A DNA stretch of 64,000 nt. Origin: Chiloscyllium plagiosum. Taxonomy: Eukaryota. The notes beneath the pieces are model-generated. The model was given only the letters and a program-made list of their open reading frames with translations. It ran no database searches and was not told the DNA's origin. Of this stretch, positions 51,750 through 64,000 are shown in pieces. The translations under genes and the position numbers were made by a program. The DNA is taken from the NCBI RefSeq assembly GCF_004010195.1, contig NC_057748.1:27752180-27816179 (forward strand). Reading direction: 5' to 3'. How positions within the stretch are numbered: the first letter of the stretch is position 1; every line of letters starts with the position of its first letter.

Positions 51750-53135
51750 TTGAATGTGATGTCTCGGGTAGACAGGATGGTCAATAAAGAGTTTGGCACA
51801 GTTTTCTTCATTGGTCCGATCACTGAGCACAGGAGTTCGGATTTCATGTTACAGCTGTAAGAGACATTGGTAATGCTGCATTTGGAGAACAATTCAAGTC
51901 GCACTGCAACAAAAAGAATGTTGTTCAACTAGAAAGGATTTAAAAAAAAAGGCATGTTACCAAGACTGAATCATTTGACTTATAGAGAAAGGCTGGATAG
52001 GCTGGGACCTTTTATACCTGGAGCATAGCAGGCTAAATGTTGATCTTATAGAGGTTTATAAAATCATAAGGCGCATAGTTAACGTGAATACCCAAGATCT
52101 ATCTCCCAAAGTGAGGAGTTATAAAGTAAAAGACATAGGTTTAAAGTGAGAGGAAAAAGATTTAAGGGGCAATTGACATAAGGGACAACTTGTTCACACA
52201 GACGATGGTGTGTGTAGGGAACGAAATGCCAGAGGAAGTGGGAGAGGAGGATGTAATTACAATATTTAAAAGACAATTGAACAGGCACATGCATGAGAAA
52301 TGTCTCAAGGGATCTGGGACAAATGCAGGTAAATGGGACAATTCAGTTTAGGAGGTCTTGCAAAGTCAAATAAAGGTAGGAGTTTCATGGTGAATTGTAG
52401 GGACTTAAGGAGTCTGTGGAACAGAAGGATCTTGGAGTTCAGGTTCGCAGTTCTCTGAAAATGGAGTCGCAGGTAGACCGGGCAGGTAAGAATGCTTTTG
52501 GCACACTAGCCTTCATCAGTAAGGGCATTGAGGATAGAAGTTGGGAAGTTATGTCGCAATTATACAGGACATTAGTGAGACAACACTTGGAGTATTGTGT
52601 TCAGTTTTAATCACCTTGTTATAAGAAAGATATCATTAAACTGGAAAGAGTGAAGAAGAAATTTATTAGAACGTTGCCTGGAATCCATGGTCTCAGTTAT
52701 AGGGAGAGGTGGGACAAGCTAGGACTTCTTTCTTTCGAGTGTAAGGGACTGAGGGGAAAGCTTATATAGGTGCATAAGATTATGAGAGGCACGGAGAGGG
52801 TGAACGCACTCAGTCTTTTTTCCAGGGTTGTGGAATTGAGGACTAGAGGACATCAGTTTAAGGTTAGAAGAGAAAGAATAAACGCAAACTGATGGGCAAC
52901 TTTTTTACATGGAGGATAGCACGCATATGGAATGAGCTGCCAGCAGAGGCGTTTGAGACGGGTAAATTAACACCATTTAAAAGGCATTCGGACAAATTTG
53001 TGGTTAGGACAGAATGAGAAAGTTCCGGCCAAGTGCAGGGAAATGGGATTATCGTGGACAGACATTTTGGCCGGCTTGGACCAGTTTAAGCCAAAGGGCC
53101 TGTCGCCGTGCTGTAGGACTCTATGACTGTAAATC
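51750..53135 (+). mobile_element. Nested degenerate CR1-type LINE fragments
   Basis: EQKDLGVQVRSSLKMESQVDR...LYRTLVRQHLEYCVQF and downstream 3' motifs. Confidence 0.75.
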
Positions 53136-53524
53136 TGGCTAGCATGGACGCATTGGGCCCGTTTCCTTGCTATATATGCCTCTAGGACTCTGCATCTCTA
53201 TGACTCAAGGGGAGCAGAGAGAGAGAACAGAGGCTTTTTTCTTAACTGTATGTTTTGAAGAAGACATTGTTTACATTTCTTGGGACTAAAGTGGGATCGG
53301 GGATTGAGTTGAATGATCAACCAGGATCCTATTGGAAGGCAGATTCGTATCGAAGGGCTGAATGACCTATGTCTGACCTAATTTGCTATGTTCCAATGAA
53401 CACAGTCCATTCAAACGTTAAACATTCGTAAATGCAAAGGTTCAGAAGATGGACAAGGGTGTGAGAAGCCAGAAATAGATCGGGTAAAACCCAAAGGGTC
53501 GATTTGCCTGGTCTCTGCCTTTTC

Positions 53525-53548
53525 ATTTGCATTCCGGTGAATAAATAA
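53525..53548 (+). promoter_or_regulatory. Ig light-chain promoter: octamer ATTTGCAT plus TATA-like AATAAATAA (cluster C)
   Basis: ATTTGCAT at 53525-53532, ~135 bp upstream of ATG 53662. Confidence 0.87.
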
Positions 53549-53661
53549 AGCTGGGAAGCCCTCCCAGTTTACCGACACTGGTTGCAGAGCGGCTCCCACA
53601 AACACTTAGACTGAAAGCTTCACCCGGGTGGCTGGCTGTTTCCACACATTCTCCAGTGGAA

Positions 53662-56262
53662 ATGTTTCCCATACTGCATCTGCTGTGTGTTCTGCTGCTC
53701 CACGTGACAGGTCAGAAATTGCTCTAGTCTAACATCTGTCCGTTAAATATTTTTGTGTCAGCCCCGGTTCCTTTATTGTTCCCAAAGTCACTGGGTGTGT
53801 GCATGTGTGTGTTTCTTAATGATAGGTACCTTGGCTGATGCTGATCCTGTCCTCAAACAGAGTCTGCTTTCCGACCCAGTCTCTGTTGGCCAGACCGCCC
53901 GGTTGAAGTGTGTGCTGCAGGATGATAATGTGGACACCTACGATGTGCGTTGGTACCGACAGAGTCTCGGAGAAACCCCAGTGTTTGTTATCCAGCATAA
54001 GGTCAATGGTGAAATACACAGAGGTACCGGCTTCACTGACCGTTTCCAACCTTCACGAGACTCTCCTAACAACAGTTACATTCTAACCATCGGAAACGTG
54101 GTCTCTGGTGACTCTGCCGTCTATTACTGTGAAGTGTGGGGTTACATCTATGGAGGTGGAACTGCCCTGATCGTCCGGAGTAAGTGGTTCTATTTTCTCT
54201 ATATATACTTTTATTTTCAGATAAGTTGAATATGTATCGCTTCAGAGTCGATACTGTTCTCTGTATGTCGAAAACATCACGATGTAATACACTTTGCAAC
54301 ATTTCTAACTCGTACTCACAAGGCAAAGTATTGCATTAATAATTTTCTCACAGATGCACACAGGGTAGAGAGTTGTTTCTATTAGTAATGCTGTCTCTTT
54401 CACATAAGCATGTATCCACAGCCACATAGCCACTCCCTACAAAAACCAATCCCCGACACAGACAGACAGACAGGCACACACACGCGCGCGCGCACACACA
54501 CACACACACACACAATCAGATAGAATATATCAATTATTTTCCCACACAGGTCAGTGTTTTCTTAACAATTCTCTCTATTTTACAGAAACACACAGGACAG
54601 AGTGTTAATTGTCTCAATAGTTCTCTCCATCCCTTTCCCTCTCCCTTTGTCACATGCACAGGTCAGAAATTAGAACATAGAACAAGACAGCACAAAACAG
54701 GTTTTTCGGCCCTTGATGTTGCACCGACGTGTGAACTAATCTAAGCCCATTACCCTACATTATCCCATCATAATCCATATGCTTATACAAGGAGTGTTTA
54801 AATGTCCCCAACGTGGCTGAGTTAACTAAATTGGCAGGTAGGGTATTCCATGCCCTTACCACTCTCTGAGTGAAGAACCGGCCTCTAACATCTGTCTTAA
54901 ATCTATCACCCCTCAGTTTGCAGCTATCCCCCCTCGTACAAGCAGATGTCATCATCCGAGGAAAAAGTCTGTCACTGTCCACCCTATTTAATCCTCTGAT
55001 CATCTTGTCTGTCTCTATTAAATCGCTTCTTAGCCTTCCTCTCTCCAATGAGAACAGACCCAAGTCCCCCAGCCTTTCCTCATAAGACGTTCACTTCAGA
55101 CCAGGCAACATCCTGGCAAATCTCCTCTGCATCTTTTCCAATGCTTCCACATCCTTCCTGTAATGGAACGATCAGAACTGCACACAAAATTCCAAGTGAG
55201 GCCGCACTAGCGTTTTGTACAGTTGCAGCATGACATTACAGCTCCAAAACTCAATCCCTCTACCGGTAAAGCCAAACACACCGTCTGCCTTCTTAACAGC
55301 ACTATCAATCTGGGTGGCAACTTTTACGGATCTATATACATGGGCACCAAGATCCCTCTGCACATCCACACTACTAAGCATCTTTCCATTGACCCACTTT
55401 TCTGCCTTCCTGCTATTCTTCCCACTCCGTTTAGATCGAGAAGTATCTCTCACATGCACAACTCAGTATTATGTTAATAATTCTCACACACACGCACAGC
55501 GGTTACCATCTTGTATGAACCAATTATTCGCTATTACACACAGGTCAGATGGTTATGTTAATATCTATCGTTCACACACACACACACTTCACAGTGTTAT
55601 CCGTGCATTAATCAATCACTCACTCTCGATCCAATTCTGTCACACACACGCACATGCATAGGTAGTTGTTATGTACTAACATTTCTTTCTCTTTCACTAG
55701 CACATAAAAAAGTTAGAGTATTACAAATTAAATTTTTTCTGTCTCTGTCCTACACAAAAACACACAACATATCCTCACATTTAGATACACACGTCAAAGT
55801 GTTATTTGCAAAGATATTAATGATGCTCTGTCGCTCGCACAATTCAAAGTTTTATACAAATAAATAATTCTCCCTTGCACACATGGTCAGCGTTTTTTTG
55901 TTCATATATATAATCCTCTCTCTCGCTTCCCTCACACAGGTAGTGATGATCAGAAACCATCTGTCCTTCTGCTCCCTCCTTCGCCAGAAGAACTAGACAC
56001 AGGATCAGCAACTCTGTCCTGTCTGGTGAATCGCTTTAAGCCAGGTTTTGTACAGGTTCTCTGGAGCGTGGATGGAAAAGAGACAGACAGTGGGGTGACC
56101 ACAAGCGCCGTGTCCCTGGACAGTGATCAGAGCTACAGTCTGAGCAGTTACCTGAAAGTCCCGGCCACTGACTGGAAGAAAGGCTCCAGATATTCCTGCA
56201 GTGTGAGGCACGGTTCACTGAACTCACCTCTCCTCAACACCATCAGCTCCAGGGACTGTTAG
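53662..56262 (+). CDS. Intact germline-joined Ig light chain (type I/NS5/sigma-cart), cluster C: leader 53662-53710, VJ 53826-54179, C 55940-56262
   Basis: MFPILHLLCVLLLHVT-GTLADADPVLKQ...LKCVLQ...WYRQ...RGTGFTDRFQPSRD...DSAVYYCEVWGYIYGGGTALIVR-SSDDQKPSVLLLPPS...LSCLV...W...YSCSVRHGSL...SSRDC*. All splice sites GT-AG in phase 1; AATAAA at 56558. Confidence 0.95.
54670..55425 (-). mobile_element. CR1-type LINE fragment in the J-C intron of cluster C
   Basis: QRDLGAHV...LVRPHLEFCVQF, LGLFSLERGRLRSDLIE; (TTCTA) tail. Confidence 0.85.
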
Positions 56263-56719
56263 CTCGAAGGTATACAGTGTCATGGGTCAGTCACTTCGTG
56301 CAATGTGGCGTTTTGTTGTTTGTTTTTGTTTTGCAATGCAATTTCTCAGCAATATCAGTATTTGGTGAACAATCTGAATATCGAAGAATGTCAGAAATCA
56401 GTGAAATAATTGTTCCATTTGGTGAGTAGAGATTTCCTGCTACAATTGCCTCCAACATTTTGCGTATAAAGTTTCACTTTGGGTAGAACGGCGTGCAATC
56501 TCCCCTTCTTGACAATGACCATGTTGTATTTGTGAAGCTTGCATGAAAGAAGATCTGAATAAATATGAAATGGTACCACGAAATGACTGTCTATCGTTAT
56601 TGGACACTGAAAGGAGCACTAAGGGCCTTGGCTATGGATAGTTTACACCTGTGACAATGTTACACAATATTGCATCAAATGATGCGTGGGCTCGCACATC
56701 AATAACATTCACCCAACCA

Positions 56720-56975
56720 CTCCCGGCAGCAATAAATCCTCCAATCTCCCCCACTTCCCGAAGAAGCGACTCTCCCATTCTCCCCCCACTCCCCGTGGGA
56801 GTGAGTTCACCATTCTTCCACACTTCCCGTGGGAGCGAGTCCTCCATTCTTCCTTACTTCCCATGGGCAAGTTTGCTCCATCCTCCCCCATTTTACACAT
56901 GGTCTCCTGGTACCATGGCCCCCATTCTCCCCCAGCTCCCATGGGAACGAGTGCTCCATCCTTCCCCACTCCCCA
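56720..56975. repeat. ~30 bp C-rich minisatellite 3' of the C exon (CCCATTCTCCCCCACTCCCCGTGGGAGTGAG); relatives at 33435-33600 and 18580-18870
   Basis: Repeated ccattctccc...gtggga units at the equivalent position of clusters B and C. Confidence 0.7.
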
Positions 56976-59159
56976 GTTTCAAAATATCCCTTCCTGAGGA
57001 TGCTTCTCTTTGATTCCAGAGTTTATTCCTGAGGATTGAGTGATGTTGAACAACTTCCGTTTTGTTTGCTACAGAAATGGAATATTCCACCCCATCGAAC
57101 TCTCAGACTTGTAAAAGCATCAATCAAACCTCATGCCTTGAGGCTCTCTGTTCTTCAAAGAGATGTGTCTCAGGCTGCTCACTCTACTGATTGTCTAACC
57201 TCCCACTTCTGTCATCGATCTTGTTAATCATCACCCTTGTCTGGGTGCCTCTGTAATTCTGATGGAATTTGGTGCCCTGCGCTGTATACTTTAGTATGGT
57301 CTAAATGGCAAGAGTAGATAGCAGGTGCACTGTGTGAAACACACGTTGAGTCAGGGCCAGCACGCTGAGAGTCAGAATCAGAAAACCCACAGAGAGGTCT
57401 CTATCTCGGTCCCGTTTCCCGGTCCAACACACACAATTACAGGCACCCAGACACACACACACGCACACATTCGCACATGTGCCATTTCTCCATCGCCACT
57501 GACAATCATCTTCACACCGACAACAATTTATCAGCTACATCCACCCCCACCCCCTAATCTCAGCTTCTGGGTTCTGGTCAATGAGCTTTTTCTGAGGTGG
57601 GGGCACGCATCTTTGTCCTGTCCTATCTCATCCAGAATGTGCTATCCGTAGTTTCTCGTGGAAGCTGGTGGAGGATAAAGGCAGAGGCAGTCAGGGGAGA
57701 TTGCTCCTGCTTGAGGGAAGGTCGCTAGCCAGATTTAAGAGGGGGAGGCTACACAGAAATGAGAGTTACTTTGATGCAGTGATACGTTGTGATCTAGGAT
57801 GTAGGAAGGTAGAAGCAGATTCAACAGGAAATGTCTAAATATGGGTAGCACGCATGGTAGGAATTTGGTGGAGAGGGTTTCCAGCAATGGGGAAGTGTTA
57901 GTTGTGGGATAGCCAGATCGCTCCTTCAATGACAGTCCCAGCCAACAACAACAACCCTCTGTGTTTTCTTATGGCGTATATTTTGAAAACTGGTCAGACA
58001 GTAACTGCCATAGAGAGAGAGAGTTAATTGCCCATCTGATATCTTGATCTCTAAGAAATTAGGAAACACTCTCTACCAAACATACCTTTTCATACTAGCA
58101 GTAAAAAGAAAGAAGATGACGCAGGGCGATCCGCAGCCAGATGAGCAAAGGCACAGAATAAGACAGTGATGGTGTAGTTTTGAAATTAAGTTGATATAAT
58201 TTTAATAAGTGTCTTATTGGAACAGCATATTGTTATAGAGTTGGAGGCAGATAATAAGCAGTTACGAGAAAGTGGGGCTGAGAGTTGCGAATAGTTGTTG
58301 TTTAATGCCCACTTTTAGATTTAAAAATATTGATGTTATTTTCTTTAAATAGTGGTATCTGGGATTTTGCTGTTACTCATATTTTAACAGATTATGAGGC
58401 GAGGTGAGTTTTTCTGGTTATTTGGTTTAATTAACAGAGGGATGCAACTCCGTGCCATAATATATCATGGGTTGGGCTAAATGCTAATGGATTAACATTC
58501 TAGAAGCCCAGACAAATGTTCTTGAGCAATTTATTTTAATCTCACTTAGTCAGATGGTGTAATTTGCATTGACTAACAATTTTAAAAAGTTGGTCTGAAA
58601 ACAACCGTGTGTCCATTGTTCTTCACTGTAAAAATACAAATGCTTTAGCTATACTCTTCAGGTAAAAGAAATCTTTGCATGGCCTGGTCGACACGTGATT
58701 TCAAACATGCCTTAATATTGCTGACTCAGCTACATTCTGAGCAAGTAGTGATAGGTCATAAATGCCAGCGTCACCCAAATGCAATGAATTTTGAAACAAA
58801 AATTTGTATACTATTCTTCTGGCAAACATGTTTACACCATCGTTGCTACATCAACTAAAATGCTCTAACGTTAAGGTCCAAACAGCTTTTGGTCACTTTA
58901 TCAGCAGGACTACTTGTTTCTTAATCCATTCTTTAATTCTGGTTGGAAGCAGTTGAGGGCCACAATGAAACATCATTGAAAACGCAACGTGTGTCAGGAA
59001 ATGGATATTTGCATTCCTTCGGTTATCACACCACCAATTTCCTCATCCTGTGCACACTTTTCCCCAACTTAACTGCGGAACCCCTTTTTGGTATGGAAAA
59101 CTCTGTGGAGATTATGATTAACTAGGTGTGATAATGATGGAACCTGATGCTTCATTGCT

Positions 59160-59680
59160 TTTTTAAAAAATTCGTTTGTGGGATATAGGCATCACTGGCT
59201 GACCAGCATTTATTGCCTGCCCAATGGTTGCCCTTGAGAAGGTGGTGGTAAGCTGCCTTATTGAACAGTTGCTGTCCACTTGCTGTAGGTTGATCCACAA
59301 TGCCATTAGGGAAGGAATTCCAGGATTTTTGTCCAGTGACAGTGAAGCAACGGCGATAAACGTCCAAGTCAGGATAGTGAGTGGCTTGGAGGGGAACCTG
59401 AAGGTGGTGGTGTTCCCATTGTCCTTCTAGATGAAAGTGGCCGTGGGTTTGGCAGGTGCTATCTGTGGATCTTTGGTGAATTTCTGCATTGCGTCTTGCA
59501 GACAGTACACACTGCTGCTCCTGAGTACTGATGGTGGAGGGGGTGAATAGTTGTGGATGTAATGTCAATCAAGTGGGCTGCTTTGCCCTGGATGGTGTCA
59601 AGCTTCTTGAGTTATGTTGGAGCTGCACCCATCCAGGGCATTTTGGGAGTATTCCATAACACCCCTGACTTATGCCAGCA
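59160..59680 (-). mobile_element. LINE-derived 3' fragment (same family as 6720-6900, 16130-16450, 20720-20990, 31025-31180, 49100-49460)
   Basis: Shared ...CTCACCACCACCTTCTCAAGGGCAAC...GGGCAATAAATGCTG end. Confidence 0.6.
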
Positions 59681-60994
59681 AATATTTAACATAGTTGATG
59701 GCAAGGTGTTAATTCAGGATATACTTGTCAGGTGTACGAACAAAACTAGAATTAAACAGCATGAACGAACCATTATTTATTATTAACACAAATCAATTTC
59801 CATGTACGTATGTAGGGTTACCATTTGGTAAACTCTTCTCTTCCACAGCGTTGCGCATATAAAGGCTGAGCTGATAATGGGGTTTAAGGAGTTTACTGTT
59901 TCCTTCATGATATTGAATGCAACATAAAGATAGAGAAACTGGTTGCTGATTTGCAAAATACTTCCACCGTTCCGTCGGTACATCCTAGCCCATTTGAGGT
60001 ACCACATCATGGCTCTGACTGAACTCCCTCCAGTTAACAGTGCTCTCACCAGATTTCACAACACAGATTTGTGATCAGGACGCTCAAACACCCCTGCACT
60101 AACTGTATGAACTCCCTGGCTGTCAACAATTCCCTTTCCGACAGATAGATGGTGATGTGGTCACAAATTTTCTGAACAAGCTATCCACTTAACATTCAAT
60201 CTTGTGGATGTGCACGAGTACAGCTGCCGCTTGAGCTAGGAACCTGGGAGCTCATGTCGTCACTTCCGAGAGGCACTTCTTGCACATGTGATCATCTAGG
60301 ACACTGGCAGGATGCATGAAATTTCACATGTTACCGGTCACACATTTTTACAATTGGCTGAGCTGCGCTGCCACGGCTTGAATTTATTTCTCTTTTGTAA
60401 ACATCTCTCTGCGTTGGATTAAGATATCATTTGGTTCAGATTTCTGCTTAATCTTCATGTTTCACAGTTCTACCCAAGGATAGCTACCTACTTTTATAAT
60501 AATATTATTTTATATTTTACAGCAAAGTCTGGACAATCCCACGACCCACTTATTAAGAACTGACAAAGTTACAGATTTGCTTTGATGTCCCTAACTTTGT
60601 ATTCTGCTTTCAATTCAGCATTGACCATTTAGGAGCAGGCAACAGCTTTGCCTCTCAGTTTTCCATGAATGTGATTCATGTCTAAGCCCAGACGTTTACA
60701 ATGGCTTCCCGAGCAGTGCTCTTGAACGTCTGCAGTCTCTCGGATTCACAGGTAAGTGATTTACTGCAGAAAAGCTCCGGTATAATTCAGTAGACGTATA
60801 ATCTCCACATTAAGAGGAAAATGGAGCTGTCAATAAAATAGCATAACATGCAATGAAATGGGTAGTTACTCTGGATTTCTGGGTATATTGAGATCTGCAG
60901 GGGCACTGTGTCAATTCAATGGCATCTAATTTTATTGATCTATTTACAGAATGGATCTATTTGTGAGCTCAGAAACCTAGTGTAACACACTAGG

Positions 60995-62095
60995 TTACTG
61001 TTGCATATTTTTGTTTAGTTTATTAATTAGCTGAATAGCTAACTGAACAGGCATAACACTCTTTAAGTTCTCCCTGAACTTGGCCTGAGTCACCCCATAA
61101 ATAAATGTGTTTATGCAGCAACATAAGTTCCGTAGCATGAATCCAACTTGTCCGAAGGTGTACAAATAGTCATTGTAATACCGGGGATTTATTCCTGCAA
61201 TGCTGTAATATAAGAAATCTATAACATATATGAACCACAGAAGAATGAAGCTCCCTGATATGGTGAAGAGTAATATCACAGACTTCCTTCTGCTCTCTAT
61301 CTCTGTGTCACTATGCTTTTCTCTCTCGGTCTGACCCTTCAGCCTCTTACGGATTTGGTTAGCCGCGAGAATATGTCGGACTGTCAGGGCATTGAATAAG
61401 AGAATTAAAGTAAACGGTAGCAATGGCGTTAAAATCTTATCAATCCAGTCAAACCCCACCCAAGCAGGAACAGTATAATAGCTCGGCTTTTTATAACAGA
61501 ACCACGGCACATTATCAATTATCTCCCCAGGTTCCTTTGTGAAATAGAATGGAACATTTTTCAAAGACAGCAGAATGGAAGTTGTTGTTAAAACTGCAGC
61601 TGCTGTTCTCTCATTGCAATATTTTGCTTTCAGTGTCTGGCAGCAAATTGCGACATATCGATCAAAGGAGAAAGTGATGGTGAACCAAACGGAACAGTCC
61701 ATTGCTGAATGAGTAAAGGCATAGAGGAGGCTACACACAGGTGTAATATCCAGAAAAGATCCCGGGAAATAATAATAACTGATCCGATACAGGACAACAT
61801 CAATGATAATAAACATTAGATCTGCTGTGGACATGGCCATCATGTAGCGGATGGTGCAGGTAGATAGACCACACTTCCATCGTGCTAGGATCACAATTGC
61901 AATTAAGTTCACTGTAAGAGGAAGAAGGGAAAATTAACTTGAAACTACTGACAAAAAAATCCTCATATCAAACACAAAGGAAATAGAATAGCAAGATGGC
62001 CACAAATTGATCTAGCACTGTCACTTACCAGGGACACCAATGATAGCAAGGATCATGTAGAATATTCTCTTACTTCTGTAGATTAATTCACGCAT
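60995..62095 (-). CDS. Class A orphan GPCR, GPR139/GPR142-like (elasmobranch-expanded family); exon 1 62095-62029, exon 2 61911-60995
   Basis: Exon 1 MRELIYRSKRIFYMILAIIGVP|gtaagt splices in phase 1 to ttacag|(V)NLIAIVIL..KCGLS. Seven hydrophobic segments, MSTADL (TM2), FSFDRYVAIC, PLLPF (TM5), ESRRKS, CINTFIY (TM7). Confidence 0.9.
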
Positions 62096-63679
62096 TTTAT
62101 ACTTCTAATGATTTGTCCTTGCCTATTGGAAACAATCTCTCAAACTTAACCTGTGAGGTGATGCATTAATGGTGCATTTAATGTGTACCCATGCTAAGTC
62201 CCCAGAGAGTCAGAAATTGCAATATTGTTGGAGTAAGGTGTTTTTAATTGTAACTAACAGGTTGCAACATGCCTTAGTTTCTGTTTTTGTTGGAATATGC
62301 TCATGACAAAAGAAATTGGAAATATTCCACAGCCTAGGAAATTTGGATCAACGCAATTAAATAATTAAATTGCATGGTGCCTTTTTCCAACAATGACAAT
62401 ATTCACTCAAATTCAGGCAGAAAGAATAAAGAAGAGGCACATTATAAAAATTATAGGAAGTTGTTGAGTTTCGAGATGCAGAGTGATCTTGGTGTCCTAG
62501 TGTAGCAACTGCAGAATGTTTGTCAGCAGGTGCAGTAAGTAACTACGAAATCCTAAACAATGTCTTATTTTATTGTGAGAGAGATTGAGTGCCAGAGTAT
62601 TGAGGTTATTCTTCATTTATAGTAGGAATGAGTAAGACCACATCTGGAGTACAATGCATAGTACTGGTCACTGTACTTACAGAAATATGTTAATGTGTTG
62701 GAAGCTTTTCACAGAGGTATTCCAAGGACAGTATCTTAAATGTTTGAATTACCTCAGAGGAAAGGTGAGACAGACAAAACCTATTACATGGAGTTTAGAA
62801 CAATCACAGGTGACTTAATTGAAACCTAGAATGTCTTAAAATGCCCAGACCAGATAGATGTGGAAAGAACATCGTTATTGGCCAGGCTAGATACCGTCAA
62901 AACGTTTAAAGAAGGTAGCCCAGACCCTAACTTTTCTGGTCGTTTTGAGCAGGTGTACATTGGATATTGCAGAAGTGATGCAGCTGGTCAAAACCTCTCG
63001 GTTTTTAATAAAATGGAATTTATTTACAGAGCCCCGAATGAAACACAAACAAAAGAGTACAGAATACAGAATAACTTAACATATCCGAAAACCCAAAAGC
63101 TTAATGATACTGTTCCACCTACTTTCAGCATCTCCATAAACACCCCCTTGGCAAAAAGTGGTAAAATCATACACAGATTCTTAGAGGAGAGATGTCAAGG
63201 AGAGAAAGGACGAGCATGGAACAGTTTTGTTGACCAGCAGCTTGAAAAAAACTGACTGCTTGCTAAAACGAAACCAAATCAAACCATACCAGAGAAAAGC
63301 TGAGTTGGGATAACTGGTCACTCCCCTTTCATTGTACAAGTGGTTTTTTTTTTTCTAACTTGAAAGCCTTTTACCTGAGACAGTATCTGTTAGCTACAAT
63401 CAATTTGGCCCTAAAACCCGGACACCAGAAACATCAGAACCTATGCATTTATGACCCATCTGAAAGAAAATCCAAGGGCAATCTCAACTTGTTAAAGAAG
63501 CAACATCTTCATAATATTTTCTCCTTTTAGAGAATCTAGAACTGGGGTATTAGTTTAAAAATAAGGGGTCAAACATTTCAAACATAATAAGGCCACGACG
63601 GAGAACAGTGGAAGAGGGAAGAAACAATTTACAATTTAAGATGAAGAGAGATAGATATGCTTCCCCGCATCCCTTTGTC

Positions 63680-63960
63680 TCTATCAGATACTCCCAGGAC
63701 AGATACAGCACGTAGTTAGATACAGAATGAAGCTCCCTCTACACTGTCCCCCATCAAACGCTCCCAGGACAGGGAAAGCACGGAGTTAGATACAGAAAAG
63801 CTTCCCCTATAGTGCATCCCACTTATCAAATATTCCCAAAGGCAGGGACAGCGCGGGGTTGGATACAGAGTAAAGCTCCCTCTGCACTGCCTCCCTTCCA
63901 TCAAACACTCACAGAACAGGTGTAGCTCTGGGTTCAATACAGAGGAAAGCTCCCTCCTGA
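63680..63960. repeat. ~70 bp tandem satellite (GTTAGATACAGAGTAAAGCTCCCTCTACACTGTCCCCATCAAACACTCCCAGGACAGG)
   Basis: About four degenerate tandem units. Confidence 0.8.
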
Positions 63961-64000
63961 TATTTTTCGATGAACCTGTTTGTGGATATCGTTACACAGT

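Noticed and set aside
63680-63960. Regularly spaced repeats resembling a CRISPR array
   Set aside because: Eukaryotic satellite with no unique spacers and no cas genes.

Overview
Vertebrate genomic DNA, almost certainly from a cartilaginous fish (shark-type immunoglobulin light-chain clusters, tRNA-derived V-SINEs, CR1 and Penelope-type repeats, GPR139-like receptor). The window holds a tandem array of three paralogous Ig light-chain clusters of the elasmobranch type I/NS5/sigma-cart class, all on the + strand. The first is a pseudogene C exon at 2.6-2.9 kb whose VJ lies outside the window. The second is a germline-joined L-VJ-C cluster at 27.4-33.3 kb with inactivating lesions. The third is an intact germline-joined L-VJ-C gene at 53.5-56.6 kb with a 6-residue CDR3. 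Between the first two clusters sits the most interesting element, a non-rearranging antigen-receptor-like gene (leader, pre-joined VJ domain, C1 domain, Cys-bearing connector, transmembrane helix with an NxxR motif, small cytoplasmic exons) at about 7.0-11.2 kb or beyond. The ORF track shows it only in fragments. A two-exon GPR139-like GPCR lies on the - strand at 61.0-62.1 kb. Non-coding points of interest are a J-C intron satellite whose unit is a combined acceptor/donor (YAG|GTCAG) and several palindromic Penelope-related elements with minimal hammerhead-ribozyme motifs and 13-15 bp target-site duplications. Most ORF-track entries are spurious (low-complexity or retroelement debris). Gene-family assignments come from motif recognition only; no database search was run. 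Repeat boundaries are approximate.
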